DNA of 54,793 nt, the filler included, from Jimgerdemannia flammicorona (lineage: Eukaryota), in NCBI GenBank assembly GCA_003990765.1. It is 2 parts of 2 records of this genome, joined end to end, with 100 filler letters (N's around TTAATTAATTAA, not from the genome) between each part and the next. Parts side by side here need not be neighbours in the genome. Positions count along the whole stretch, not along the records: positions 27,450 to 54,793 come from RBNJ01000637.1; 1 more part is not named here. One strand, given 5' to 3'. The position numbers were made by a program, and so were the translations under genes. The notes beneath the pieces are model-generated. The model saw nothing but the letters and a program-made list of their open reading frames with translations, had not been told where the DNA came from and made no database searches. Below are positions 34,533-48,239 of the stretch, in pieces; the first letter of the stretch is position 1, and every line of letters begins with the position of its first letter.

Positions 34533-37500
34533 ATGATGATGAACAGTCTACATATATTATCACTAAATGTCAATGATTTGCATGATGGAGTGAAGCAAAG
34601 GCATTTGTTTCAGTGGCTGAAGATCAGGAGGTATGACATAGTATTGCTGCAGGACATTCAGGCCTATGGAGAGTAAGATTATGAGGAGTGGAGCAAGGAA
34701 TGGTATGGTAGTACAGGGTGGAATGAGCAGGTGGGCATCTTGGTTGGCTTGGGGAGAGGAGAGCTGAAGGAGGTTGAGATATATAGTGATTGATTGGTCT
34801 GGGGGAGATTGAAAGGAGGAGCTGACAATGGGCTGGTGGTTGGCTCTGTATATCTGCCAGCAGTTGGCAGAGAGTGAAACCAATAGGTAGAAGGTTGGCT
34901 GGATTGGGGAGGCCGAGATGAGATTGGGCTGGACATTCTGGGAGGGGACTTCAACATAGTGTATGACAGGACACTAGATAGGTCTGATGGTGGAGTTGGT
35001 GTGGCAGTTTCTACAGGGCTCTTGCGATGGCTTCAAGTTGAGAAGAAAATGAGATTGGTTGATGGAGTATGACAATGTCAAGGTGAGAAGTCAGGGCCAT
35101 TCACTAGGTGGCATCCAGTCGGTGAGGATTTGATTGGCATGAGGATTGACTGGATTCTGGTAGCAGAATGCTGGAGCAATGTTTTGGATTCGACAGTAGT
35201 ATGGTGGTGTCCCTGGTCAGATCACTGGGGTGTAGAGGTGTGTGGGAGATTCCAGGCAGCCAGTGGTGGTGGAGGCAGATGGAGACTTAATGTGGCACTA
35301 CTCAAGAGACAGGTGGAGCAGGACCAGTTTGTTAAAATTGCAAGACAGGAAGTGGCATGGTGGAAGAACAGTGGCCAGTCAATAGCACAGTGGTGGGAGA
35401 AATTTAAACATCTGGCAGGTACATATTGGCATGATGTAGAAGAGGTAGCTGGGAGGAAGCAGAAGGATAGAGAAAGGAGAGTGGAGCAGGGGTTTCACTG
35501 GCAGCTGAGACTTCTGGAAGGAGAGATCTCCTCAGGAGAATGACACTCCCTGTTGATCAAGGAGGTGGCTGAGTTGCGGTCGGATTTGAAGGCAGCAGAA
35601 GATAGGGTGGTGGATGGGTTGCTGGCAAGATTGTGAGCAAAATGGTTGGAAGAAGGCGAGTGACCCACCAAATACTTATCCAGAATCTTAAAGGCCAGGA
35701 GGGTGTGGCATAGCTGGGCTTCAGTATTGTGAGAGGATGGCACTGAGGTGACTGATATCACAGATATGCTTGGGGAGATCTCTGGTCGATGGTGCACCCT
35801 ATGGCAGGATGATGGAGGACTGGTGGAGGGAGAGACAGTGCTGGAGACTAATAACAATTTGGTTGGCAGCTGGCCAGTAGTGGCAGAGCCTGCTATTGGT
35901 GGGGTGGTAATGGGTAGGGTGACCCTTAAAGAGGTATTGGAGGTTCTGGGGAAAGTGCAGACTGGTTCATCACCAGGGGAGGATGGACTGCCTTGGGAGT
36001 TCTGGAAGGAGTTTTGAACAGAGTTTGGAGCATGGCTTGTGAAAATGGCGAACTTTATGCTGGAGGAAGGCTGCTGGATTGGCAATGGCTCCTTAGGGCT
36101 AGTCTCTCTACTCCATAAGGAGAAAGGGGACAGATGTATATGGTGGAACTGGAGGCCCATCATGTTACTGAATGTGGATAGGAAGTTGGTCTCCAAGATT
36201 CTGGCAGAGAGAATGCAACAATGGATTGGCTGATTGGTGGGTGATAAACAGAGAGAGTTTGTAAAGAAGAGACAGATTCGAGACAGTATAGCCTGGGTGC
36301 AAAATGTTTTGGAGGGTTGTAAAAGCTGGCAGGTAGATGGAAGAATGGTGTTCTTGGACCAGGAAAAGGCATATGACAGAGTGTGGTGGAACTACTTGGA
36401 GGCAGTTCTATGGAAGGCTGGGTTTAGCATGGGGGAGGCCTGAAAACTGATGGATCTAGTGTGAGGTTGCCAGGCAGCAGTGTTGATGAATGGGTGGAGT
36501 AGCCCAGAGTTTTTCTTAGGGCAAGATGTGCCACAGGGGGATCCTCTTTCACCCCTGCTTTATATTTTATCTTTGGAGCCCTTGTTGGCATGGCCAAAGG
36601 GGAGGCTTATCAGGTTGAAGATGGGGGATGTAGTCTGGAAGCTGGGGACCTTTGTGGACAACATGGTAGTAGGGTTAGGCAGTGTGGAAGATGTGGCGAG
36701 CTTGCAGGAAGGGGTAGGACAGTATGAGATGTTGGCAGGGGCAAAGCTGAACTGGGGCAAGTGTGAGACCATGGAGCTTGGAGCTGGCTTGGAGGAGCAT
36801 AGACACTTTGGACAATTAGTCGGTCCTGGGGAGACAGTTTGATATTTGGGTATCTGGTTCTCGGTATATGGGATGGTGCTGCCAAAAGAGTGGTGGTGTG
36901 GATTGATACAGAAGTGGGAGAACATCTTGGTGGGCTGGTCTGGGAGGGGCTTCTCTTTGGTTGAGAGGATTGTAGTCTTGAATGTATATTGGCTACCAAA
37001 GCTGTGGTACTTGGGGTACCACCTGGACTTTCCAGGATGGGTGGTACAGAAACTGAAGAAGGTGGTCGAAGAATAGCTATGGCAGAGAAGGAGACCACAG
37101 ATTAGTTGGGAGATAATGGTGACACCGAGGGCAGATGGAGGTCTGGGGCTGGTGGACTTTAGAAGGCATCTGAAGGTACTTCGGGGCTGGTGGGGTTATC
37201 AAATGGCAGAATTAGGAGGGGAGGGTAGGAACAAACTAGTTATGGATAACTAGGAAGTTAGATTCTGCCCCCAGAGTGAGGTTTGGAAGGATATGTGAGG
37301 CTTGCTCCAGGTTGGAAGGGTTGGCAGGTTGTGCTATTGGGGATTCTGGTGGGATATTGTGGAAGCTTGGCTAGTGATGAGACTTATGGGCCCAGAGCCT
37401 GGTAAAGAAGAGGAGGACCCAGAACAGTGATGGTGGCAATTTGGTGTGATTTGTATTAGCAGCCACCTGTTGGTTGAATACTCTCTAACTGGGGTGATGG

Positions 37501-38168
37501 AGTGGATTCGGACAGGTCCACTTGAGAGGTGGCCAGTTGGTTGGCAGAAGGCTGGGTTTGGAGAAGAGTGGGAGTGGGGTCGGGTTTGGGGCTGGGGGAC
37601 CTCACTACTCAAGATTGCCCCACCTAAGTTCTGGATAGTATGGTGGTAATTTTTGTAGAGGAATTTCATGCTGGGGTATAGGATGGAGTGGATGGTGGAT
37701 GAAGGTGTAAAGGAATGTGAGTGGTGCTGTAAGCTGGATGGGGGAGTAATGCAGACACTGGAGCATGTTCTGGCAGCCTGTCTAGGGATTGAAGAATTTT
37801 GGCAGACATTAGAAGGTTATTGGGGGGAAGAGAGTGAGCAGACAGGGGGCCCCACTTATCAGATGATCAAGCATTGACTGGTGGGAGACATTGGGGATAT
37901 CTGGGGAGGTCTGGGTCAGATTATCAGTATCTGGGTACTGATGGCAGTACACTGGTGATAGGTGTTTGAGAGAGATCCTTGGATGGGAATTGGAGAATTA
38001 GTGGAGCGGTGGAAGGGGTTACTCTTGGAAGTGGTGCAAGGGTGGTGGTATCAGAGGAAGAGGCACCAGTTGGGGGCCATGAAGAAGGTGTTAGACATTG
38101 TCCAGAGGAGTCAGGAGTACCTCATACTTGGTAAGAAGAGAGTGAGGTGGAAAGAAGGTGTAGGCTGA
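34533..38168 (+). pseudogene. LINE B1 ORF2: APE endonuclease, RT, zinc finger (~1211 aa, internal stops)
   Basis: SLNVN, GGDFN, RIDWIL, WSDHW; SPGEDGLP, WRPIMLLNVDRK, FLDQEKAYDRV, PQGDPLSPLLY; CEWC...LEHVLAAC. Confidence 0.95.
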
Positions 38169-38711
38169 AGAGCCCTTCCTTGTATTAGGATTTAATAGTC
38201 AAGGGTTGGGTTCATTGTTGTTCTAAGGTAATTGATGGGATACATGGATAGTATAACTCTATAGACTAGTGGAATAAAGGAGTCCAAGTGACTATAAAAA
38301 AAAAAAGCCACTCTAAGGAACTTATATTCAACTGATCTCAAGGTCTGGACTTGCCAGACAAGAAATAACCATAGAAGGAGAATCCATTGACCCAGGATAT
38401 ACAGGTGAAATTAAGATCATTCTGTATAACAGTAGTACAGAATGGTACCAAATCATAAGAGGATAGATGATTACCCAAGCAGTCTTTATAAAAGTCAAGA
38501 TCCTACAATTATAGAAAGTTTTCAAACTGACTGAAGGAACAAGGCAAGCTGAAGGATTTGAAAGCTTAGACAAGAAGGAAGTATATCTCCTTTAGGTCAA
38601 TTATCTTAAAAGAAATATTCTCCAGCAAGTATACCACCAACCAGTCAAACTGCATAAGAATCTCATCCTGGAGCCTGGAGAGCAAACTACCTTCAAAATC
38701 TTTGCACCACC

Positions 38712-39150
38712 TAGTGCTTCCAATGAATCAAATTGAATTGAATTGGACCTAAATTCAATTTAATTTGAAAACTTTGAATCAAATTGAGGCCTAATTCGAT
38801 TCAAATTAATTCGAATTGAGGTCCAATTCAATTTGAGGTCTGATTCAAAACTCTATTTTTAGAAATTAAATAACTCAATGAATACACATCCAAATTTAAT
38901 GATCTTTAGCTTGTTAGATTCCTCTTATATAGGGGAATCTAACAAGCTAAAATGATTATTGAATTTAGACATATATTCATGGAGTTATTACATTTCTAAA
39001 AATAGGTTTTGAATTGGACCCTCAATTCAATTTGAATTTGATTTGATTCAATTTGAACTCAATTTGAATTGAAAAATCCCCAATTTGATTTAATAAAATA
39101 GCCCTCAATTCGATTCAATTCGAATTGATTTGATTTGTTTGGGAGTACTA
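38712..39150. mobile_element. Palindromic hAT-type MITE (439 bp)
   Basis: Termini TAGTGCTTCCAA / TTGGGAGTACTA; 8-bp TSD GCACCACC (38704-38711) / GCACTATC (39151-39158); central hairpin near 38927; AATTCGATT-like repeats. Confidence 0.88.
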
Positions 39151-39651
39151 GCACTATCTGACCCCAGAAACCTCTTCTTTGAACCCAATGAAGATATTCT
39201 GAATCTGGATATAGAAGAACATATATTCTCTGACAAGATGAACTCAATATACTTCTGAGAAACTAACTAAAGTTAGGAAACCATCATCTTGGCAACAGGA
39301 ACCATTATAGAATACCTGGTGTCTTTTCTTAACTGAACTCATTGAGAAGTTTATAAACTAAACTTATTGGGAAATGGCAAAAGGTCTCAGAAGAAAGGAA
39401 AGGCCCCTCTGTAATCCAGGAGACAGTGAAGCCTTCCACCAATATTAGAGAAGAATTGATACCCCAGTATGGCAACAACTAGTAGAACTTCTCAACAAAT
39501 ATCAAGATATCTTCACTACTGATTATAGCAATCTGCCATACAATCCATCATATCACCACAACATAAATATAAGAAATGCAATACTCATCTGACAGAAACC
39601 CTATAAAATTCCCCATTACCTAAAGACATTCAAAAAAGAACACATTAAAGA

Positions 39652-42600
39652 GAGAAAAATAGACTTCTTTTGCTCAAACCACTTGGAGCAAGCTAAGTCA
39701 CACAAATATCTTTCAGCAAAAGACAATACATTTTCAAGTTTTTATTTTGAACATACTGGTGTACATTATATAACAGGAGTCTATCTATAAGGTACAACAA
39801 GTTTCAGTGAAAATCATCAAGTTTTAGTGATATGGCTAGTCAAGATTCTTCTAGCTCTGAGAATCTGGAGAGGAGGAGACCTGGTCTGGGTATTCCCAAG
39901 AGCTTTGCAGCTGTTTCAGGGGCTGGTATGGCTGCTGGAGGGGCTGGTGGTCAGGAGAGATCTGGTGGAATCAAGGCCTAGTATACTGTAGTGGAGAGTA
40001 GAAGGGCTGTAGCCAGGCTATTGGGGGTGAGGCAGAGGGGGTATAGTGTTGACAGGGGGAGGGGTCAGGTGATGGGTCAGGTGACAGGTCAGGTGACTGG
40101 CAGGGGACAGGGGTCTAGTGGTGTGATGTTGGGAACTGGTTCTTCTGGAGCTGGGCTGGTGGCTGGGGAGAGAACTGCTGGTGGCACAGCTGTAACTGGT
40201 GAGGTGACCACTGGTATTTCTGGGACCAAGAGAAAGGTGACTCTGATAGCTGGGACAGGCGAGTTGGTGGTGAGGCCCTTCTTTCACAAATCAGTATTAA
40301 CATGGGTGGTCTTAGCGAACTTCCTGAGATTGGCGATGTCAGCTAGGGAGGTTCTGAGGATAGTGAGGGAGGAAGTAGCTAGGGCAGAATCCTTGAAGTT
40401 CATCTCTTTGGCAGAGGCTGTGGAGATTGGATTTGTAGAGGAGGATGCAATGGAGAAGGTGCTGAAAAAAGGATTGACTGTCAAGAGTGTCTGAATTGGG
40501 ATAGCAAGGTGTTTGAGATGGGACCTGCATAATGTTTGGCTGGTGGTAGAGAGTTTGCCAATTCTGAGCAGACAGGAGACCAAGAAGATGGTGGTGGAGA
40601 CACTGGGTGGCTATAGTGAGATGGTGGATTTCAGGTTTACATTCTGGGAGGGCACCAAATTGAGGAATGGCAACTGTGAGGTGATGCTGCAACTGGAAGG
40701 CAAGGAGGCAACTGGGCTGGGATGAGATTGGCCAGAAGAGATTTGAATTGGAGAGCAAGAGTGCATGGTGTAGAGGAGGAAGGGAGTGGAACAGGAGGAG
40801 AAAGAGTTGGCAATTACTCTGGAGGAGAGAGAGGCTACAAAGGAGTTGTGAAAGAGGAAGTGGAAAGAGTTTGCCAAGGATTGGGTCTGGATTCAGGCAG
40901 ATGGCGAGTGGAAGAGGTGGAGGAAAGGGAATTGAGAGTATCTGCAAGTAGTCCTTCAGGGGGTAGTAATGGAAGAGAAGGCAAGAGTAGAGGCAGCTAA
41001 GAATCAGATAGAAGGAGTGGAAGTGGTGGAGGTGTCCTTCTCCCAGCTGGGTGGTGTGGAGAGCTCAGTACATATACCGGTGAGAGGAAAGTGGGCAGAT
41101 AAGGAGGAGGTGGAAGAAGGAGGCTTTGAGGTTAATATCGAGGTAGTGCTAGAGACTCAGGTGGAGGACACCCATATGGCTGGAGTGGCAAATGTCCATT
41201 GGGAGTATCCTGAGACTAGTGAGGTAGTATATTTGGAGAAGGTTGCAGAGGAGGATGAGCTGGTGGATATGGCTTCAGATGTATCAGTGGATAGAGAGCA
41301 ATTGCAAAAGCTGAGCAGGACCCCCAGGCCATTGACTCCTGGGCCCCTGACAATGATGGCAGAGAGCTGGTATCAGGTGGTACTTGAGGAACTTGCAGAG
41401 GAAGACATCAAGGAAGTGGATGTATTTCATAGATCTCAGGAGGTATGGGAAGGATTTCTCAATGTTGTGATACAGTGGCCAAAGCTGGTAATGGTGATGG
41501 TAGCAGCTCTTCTGGATGATGAAGGATATGATATTGATGAGAGCAGGATGGCAGACATCAGGAAGGTGGCAGCAGAAAGAGTGGACCTTTTCTGCAGCAG
41601 TGCAAATGGTGATTGAATCTGGAGGGTGATTTGTAAGGACTAGTAAGAGATCATTAGAGAAAGGGCTAAGAAAGTAGTGACAGTCCCAGCTGAGCTTTAA
41701 ACATTTTCTTTGATGATGATGAACAGTTTATATATCTTATTGATCAATGTTAATGGATTGTATGATAGTGTTAAGAGGTAGAGGCTGTTTCAATTGCTGA
41801 AAGTCAGAAGATATGATATTGTTTTTCTTCAGGATATTTGGGCTTATAGGGAGCAAGACCTTGAGGTGTGGAGTAAAGAATGGTATGGTAGGACAGGTTG
41901 GAACAAGCAGGTGAGCATCTTAGTTGGTGCAGGTAAAGGTGAGCTGGTGGAGGTCAAGGTCTATGGTGATAGATTGGTGTAGAGAAGACTTAAAGGAGAG
42001 GCAGACAATAGTTTAGCAGTAGGCTCGGTTTATCTCCCTGCAGTTGGCAGAGAGCAAAAGCAATGAGTTGAGGACTGGTGGGCTTAGAAAGGTCAGGAGG
42101 TGGTTGCATTAGACATTCTGGGGGGGAACTTTAATATAGTATATGATCAGACACTAGATAGGTCAGATGGTGGGGCAGGCATAGTAGTATCCTCTGGACT
42201 GTCTCAATGGCTTCAGGTGGAGAATGACATGAGACTGGTGGATGGTGTCCATCAGCATCAGGGAGATGAGTTAGGACCTTTCACCTAGTAGCACCCAGTT
42301 GGTGATGAATTGGTCAGGACATGAATTGATTGGGTGCTGGTAGCTAAGTATTGGGATAATATACTAGATGTTGCAGAGGTACATTGGTGCCCTTGGTCAG
42401 ATCATTGGGAAGTGGAGGTGTGTGGTAGATTCTAAGCAGTAAAATGTGGTAGAGGGCACTGATGTCTCAATGTGGCTTTACTCAGGAAGAAGAAGGAGAG
42501 AGAACAGTTTGTGGACATTATGTGATAGAAAGTAGCACATTGGTAGAATAATGGGCAGTTAATAGCAAATGGTGGGGTAGATTCAAAAATTTGGCTAGTG

Positions 42601-45440
42601 CTTACTGGTGAGATATTGGTAAAGTGGCTGGGAAGGAGCAGAAGGACAAGGAAAGAAGGGTGGAGAAGGGGCTGAGATAGCAATTGGAGCTAATAGAAGG
42701 GGGAAATGTGTCTGGAAAGATGCACCACCAGTTGGCAGTGGAGGTGGCAGAGTTGCAGGCAGAATTGAGGGCAGTTGAGGATAGGGCAGTAGATGGCCTG
42801 CTTGCCAGACTACAGGTGAGGCAGTTGGAGGAAGGAGAGAGGCCAACTAAATACCTGTCAGATATTCTGAAGACCAGAAGGGTGTGATACAGCTGACCCT
42901 CAGTATTGTATAAAGATGGAGTGGAGGTCTCAGAGATTGCCAATATGTTGGGAGAGGTCTCAGAACAATGGCAGACTCTCTGGTAGGATAGAGGGGAGTA
43001 TGCTGAGGATATGGTACTTTGGGAGGATGATGACAATATAGTGAACAATTGGCCAGTGATGGTGGTATCTGAGATAGGGGAGGCAGTGATGGGTGAAGTG
43101 TCTTTGGATGAAGTTTCAGAAGTATTATAGAAGATACAGACAGATTCATCATCTGGGGAGGATGGGCTGCTCTGGGAATTCTGGAAGGAGTTCCAAGCAG
43201 AGTTTGGCAGCTGGTTGGTAGAGATGGCCAACTTTGTTCTGAAGGAGAGCAGCTGGATTAGCAATGGCTTCTTGGGATTAGTTTCCCTCCTATATAAGGA
43301 AAAAGGTGATCAGCAGGTGTGGGTGGAATTGGTGACCCATTATGTTATAAATGTAGATAGAAAGCTGGTCTCAAATATTCTAGCAGGAAGGATGCAGCAG
43401 TATATTGGCATACTGATGAGTGAAGAGCAGTGAGGCTTTATTAAGAGAAGACAGATCAGAGATAGTATAGCTTGGGTGCAGAATGTCTTAGAAGGCTGTA
43501 GGAGCTGGCAAGTAGATGATAGGATGGTCTTCCTGGATCAAGAGAAGGGCTATGACAGAGTGTGGTAGATTTACTTAGAGACTGTTCTGAGGAGGGTTGA
43601 ATTTGGCATAGCAGAAGCAGGGCAATTGATGGGCTTAGTATGGAGATGCAGAGTAGCAGTTATGATGAATGGATAGAGTGACCTGGAGTTTGCTTTGGGG
43701 CACAGTGTGCTACAGGGGGACCCTCTCTCTCCCCTTCTTTATATACTCTCTCTGGAGCCATTGCTGGCATGACTGAAGGGGTAGCTTTCTGAACTATGGA
43801 TGAGTGATGTGGTCTGGAAGTTAGATATCTTTGCAGATGACATAGTAGTTAGATTGGGTAGTATGGAGAATGTGGATCTCTTGCAGGAAGGGGTTAGACA
43901 GTATGTATGAGAGACTGGCAGGGGCAAAGCTGAATTGGAGCAAGTGTGAGACAATGGAACTTGGTGCCAGTCTGGGAAAACATGGATAATTTGGACAATT
44001 GGTGGCCACTGGGAGTACTGTTTGGTATCTAGGTATTTGGTTCTTAGTATATAGGACTATCCTGCCAAAGGAGTGGTAGAGTGGTATGATTCAGAAGTTG
44101 GAAGGCACTTTGACTGGTTGGTCTGGGAGAAGTTTCTCCTTAATAGACAGAATTGTGGTCTTGAATGTATATTGGCTACCAAAATTGTGGTATCTAGAGT
44201 ATCACTTAGATTTTCTGGGATGGGTAGTGCAGCAGCTGAAGAAGATTGTAGAAGGCTGGTTATGGTATTAAAAGTGGCTACAGGTTGGGTAGGATACATT
44301 GGTGATGCAGATGATGGATAGCAGCCTGGGGTTAGTGGACTTCAGGTGACAGCTAAAGGTACTTAGGGGTTGGTGGGGGTGCTGATTGGCTGAACTAGGT
44401 GAGGGGGACTGGGGCAGACTAGTGATGGACAATTGGGAGGTTCAGTTCTGCCCCCATGATAAGGTTTGGAAGGATATGCAGAGTTTGCTTCAGATTCAAA
44501 ATGGCAGTTAATTGTGGTATAAAGGGTTCTAGTGGGGCATAGTAGAGGCCTGACTGGCCATGAGATTAACAGGGTCAGAGATGGAGGTTGGTGAGAATCC
44601 TGAGCAGAGATGGTGACAATTGGGGGACCTCCATATTGGTGATCATAGTCTGAAGGAGTACTCACTGATTGAGGTGATGGAGTGGATCTGGCCTGCCCTT
44701 CTGGAGAGATGGCCAGCAGGTTGGCAGAAGACAGAATTGGGTAAAGGCTGGGAGTGGAGCTGAATCTAGAGTTGGGGAGCCTCCTTGCTCAAGGTGGTAC
44801 CCCCCAAATACTGAGTTATATGGTGGCACTTCTTGAGAAGAAATATGATATTGGGGTATCAGACAGGATGGATGGAGGTAGATGGCTGTTGGGACTGTAA
44901 GGTAGATAGTGGGGTGGTTCAGTCACCAGAGCATGTTCTGGCAGCCTGCCCTGGTGTTGAAGGGTTCTGGCAGTGTTTGAAAGATTACTGGAGCCCTGCA
45001 GATAGAAGGACAGGAGATCTCATCAGTCTGGTGGTCAAGTGCTGACTAGTGGGGGAGATAGGAGATATCTGGGATAGCCTAGATTGGGTCCTGAGAGTCT
45101 GGGTTCTGATGGCAGTACATTGGTGATGGGTGTTTGAGCAGGACCCATGGTTGGGGATTGGTGAGCTAGTAGAGCAGTGGAAGTGGCTTCTTTGGGAGGT
45201 GATACAAGGATAGTAGTATCAGGGGAGGTGGCTTCTACCAGGGGCCTTGAGGAAGGTGCAGAACATTATATGGCAGAGTTGAGGACATCTGCTGTTAGAT
45301 AAGTATAGGGTTAGATAGAAGAAAGGAGTTGGATGACCAACCCTACCTATATATGATATGTTATAGTAGTGGTTTGTGGTTAATTATCATTATAATAGTG
45401 TAATAAAGTTAAAGTCCTAGTAACTATAAAAAAAAAAAAA
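39652..45440 (+). mobile_element. Full-length LINE B2 (ORF1 39832-41700, ORF2 41713-45336, degenerate)
   Basis: TSD AAAAAAGAACACATT(A/C)AAGA at 39632-39651 and 45435-45454; poly(A) tail; collinear with B1; FADD at ~43830. Confidence 0.96.
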
Positions 45441-45454
45441 GAACACATTCAAGA

Positions 45455-47700
45455 ACTCTTGGACAATAGAGTCATCCACCCCTCAACCAGCCCTTGGGCT
45501 AGCCCTATACTTATTGTACCAAAGAAAAGAGGATAGAGACTCTGCATAGATTACAGAAAACTCAATTTAGTTACTGAAAATAATATCTATCCTTTGCCCA
45601 GAATCAATGACCTCTTGGACCAGTTACAAGATACCAGACATTTCAACAGTATGGATATTTTTACAGGATTCTATGATATCTCTATAGACCTAAAAGATAT
45701 TCAAAAGACAGCTTTTCTTGTCTTAGAAAAACTGTTTAAGTACCTCTGAATACCCTTTGGACTTTGCAATATACCCCCCACCTTTTAGAGGATGATGAAT
45801 TCGATCTATGCCCCTCTGATCCACTACTGTCTAATTGTATATATGGATGATTCCAACATCTATTCAGTAAATTTTGAGAAACACCTATACTATCTAGAAG
45901 AATTCTTCAAACTCACCCATAAGAACCACCTGAGACTCAATATTAAGAAATGCTATTTTGGACAACAGAAACTTGAATTTCTTAGATTCATAGTTTTAAA
46001 AGAAGGAACTCTTACAGATCCAAAGAAAACCAAAAAGATCAACAATTGGTCAGTACCCAAGACTCTAAAGGAAACAATATCATTTCAGATACTAATATTC
46101 TACTATAGAAGATTTATCAAGAATTTTACCCAAATTGCTACTTAATCTGAGTCCTTCTCAAGAAAGGAGTACCTTATAAATGGATAGAATCACAAGAGAA
46201 AGCTTTCAAAGAACTCAAGAACTATATGACCACAGTACCAATCCTTATGTACCCCAATCTACAGAAGCTATTTATCTTATATATAAATACTCTAAAGATG
46301 GTCTAGGAGCAGTTCTAGCCCAAGAAGGATCTGACCAACAATACTATGTAATAGCTTATACAAGCTGAGCTATCAATCAGCAACAGATGAACTATGATAG
46401 TATCAAACTAGAATACTGGACAGTCATCCTGTTCAAGCATTATCTTATTAAAAAAAAGTTCACCCTGATTACAGACCATATAGCTCTCAAATAGCTATTC
46501 AACTATAAGGAACCTACTGGAATCCTAGCCTGCTAGATCCTTATCCTTCGGAATTACAAAATCACCATTATCCACAAAGTAGAGAAAGCTCACAACAATG
46601 TTATTGTACTTTCCTACCAGCTTCAATGAACTAGAAGAAGAGTATTCTGAGGAACTACACTCTAAAAGAAGCTCCTCAGACCATCAAGGTACAAGAAGAT
46701 CTCATTTGAAAAGAACATCAGAAAGCTCACCAAGGATAGGTGAACATAGAAGAAAAGTTGTGAACAATATACCAACACTGGCCCAACCTTAGAACTCAAG
46801 TCTGGGATATACTTAAGAAATATAATACTTGCCAGAAGTACCAAGGAAGGAAGAACCATCAAGCACTACTACAACCAATCATACTATTGAACAACATTCT
46901 TCAGAGATAGAGAGTAGATGTAATTAGACTCCTATCAATTATACCAAGAAGAAACAAGTATATTCTTATATTTGTAGAACATCTAACTAAGTGGTCTGAG
47001 GCTTTCCTAATGGAAATTATAGATGCCTTAACTATTGTAGGCCTTCTCTATAGACTCACACTCAGATATAGACCTCCAGAAGAACTCATCTCTGATCAAG
47101 ATACAGAATTCATCAATAACATAATCACAAGTTATATCTAATTCACAAGATCTACCTCAAATAGACCACATCACATCACCCCCAGACCAATGGTATGACA
47201 GAAAGAATGAACTAGACCATTAAGAAAGAACTTATCCAAGTCAATTCTATCAACTGGGACCTCTGCTTACCTGAGATCCTATGGGAAATTTGGAACATCC
47301 CTACTGCCTCTGCTAAACAAAAGTCATTTGAAATGATATTTACTAAGAAAACCAGAACTACTGACTATGAGAATTTTGGAGACCTCCTCAAGAAGACAGA
47401 ACAGTTAAATAATCAGGCTTAAGTGCAGATTACTAAAGCCTAAGAAAGACAAAAGAAGTACTATGACCAGAAATAGAAGGATCAGAAAATCAAGATTAGA
47501 GATCAAGTACTAGTCTAGAGAAGCATAATTGAGATAAATTTTGCCACTAAACTGGAGCCTAAGTGAAAAGGACCTTATCTTGTATATAATATCAGAGAAA
47601 CCAGTATTTATTTAAGAAGTATTAATAGACAAACCCTCAGGACACTAGTATACATCAACTGCCTTAAGATATATCTCTCTTACTATGAACTAAAGAATTG
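45455..47700 (+). pseudogene. G3 RT, RNase H and integrase
   Basis: YPLPRINDLL, PFGLCN, IVYMDDS, YYRRFIKNF, GLGAVLAQ, LITDH, ELISDQ and KLEPK-KGPY motifs. Confidence 0.92.
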
Positions 47701-48188
47701 ACAACTACCTCTAGACCCTTGTCCTCAGTTCTCTCCAATCTCTACCAGTTTCCCTATCACAGTTTCAAGAGCCCAATAGAACATATCTCCAAAGAATCCA
47801 GGTCCATCAAGAAAACCTCACTCTGATTGAGAGACTACTTCAGATCCACCAGCTGCAGACCTACTATGTAATTAGAGAACAATTACAGAATCTTCTCCTA
47901 TCAGACCTGGCCTATGTCTGTAATACCACTGGCCTGAACAGCAGGAATATCACTGCTGCAGAAAGATTATATACAATCTACAAATGAAACTCTTCAGCTC
48001 TAATCTAGACCTAGTTCTCTCTGAATGATCTCTAAAGAATGACTCTACTCACCTATTTCAGCATTATTCACCAAGTTGAGATCCTATTTCCCAAGAAAGA
48101 AGAAGAGTCTTTAGAATGGAGTGACCATAGTACAGACAATGAAGATGATGGAATAGGTATAGATGCAGAAGCTACTTATGCTTATTGA
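47685..48188 (+). pseudogene. G3 ORF3: ~167-aa protein of unknown function downstream of integrase
   Basis: Single frame from ATG 47685 to TGA 48188 with six stops of the CAA/CAG/CGA-decay type; homologous to G2 ORF3. Confidence 0.75.
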
Positions 48189-48239
48189 GATAATAACTAA
48201 AGAATAGTCTGAGATAGACAATCCTTCAGTGGGGGCTGA

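Larger units (their letters stand above)
32509..38306 (+). mobile_element. Full-length L1/Tx1-clade LINE B1
   Basis: ~18-bp TSD GC(T/C)ACTCTAAGGAAC(A/T)TA at 32491-32508 and 38307-38324; AATAAA and poly(A) tail; two ORFs. Confidence 0.96.
32350..38575 (+). pseudogene. G3 dUTPase domain split by LINE B1 (pieces ~32350-32508 and 38307-38575)
   Basis: EYDLHS...IRTGLAMQL before the LINE; GTYIQLISRSGLA...IDPGYTGEIKIILYN...TRQAEGFESL after it. Confidence 0.88.
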
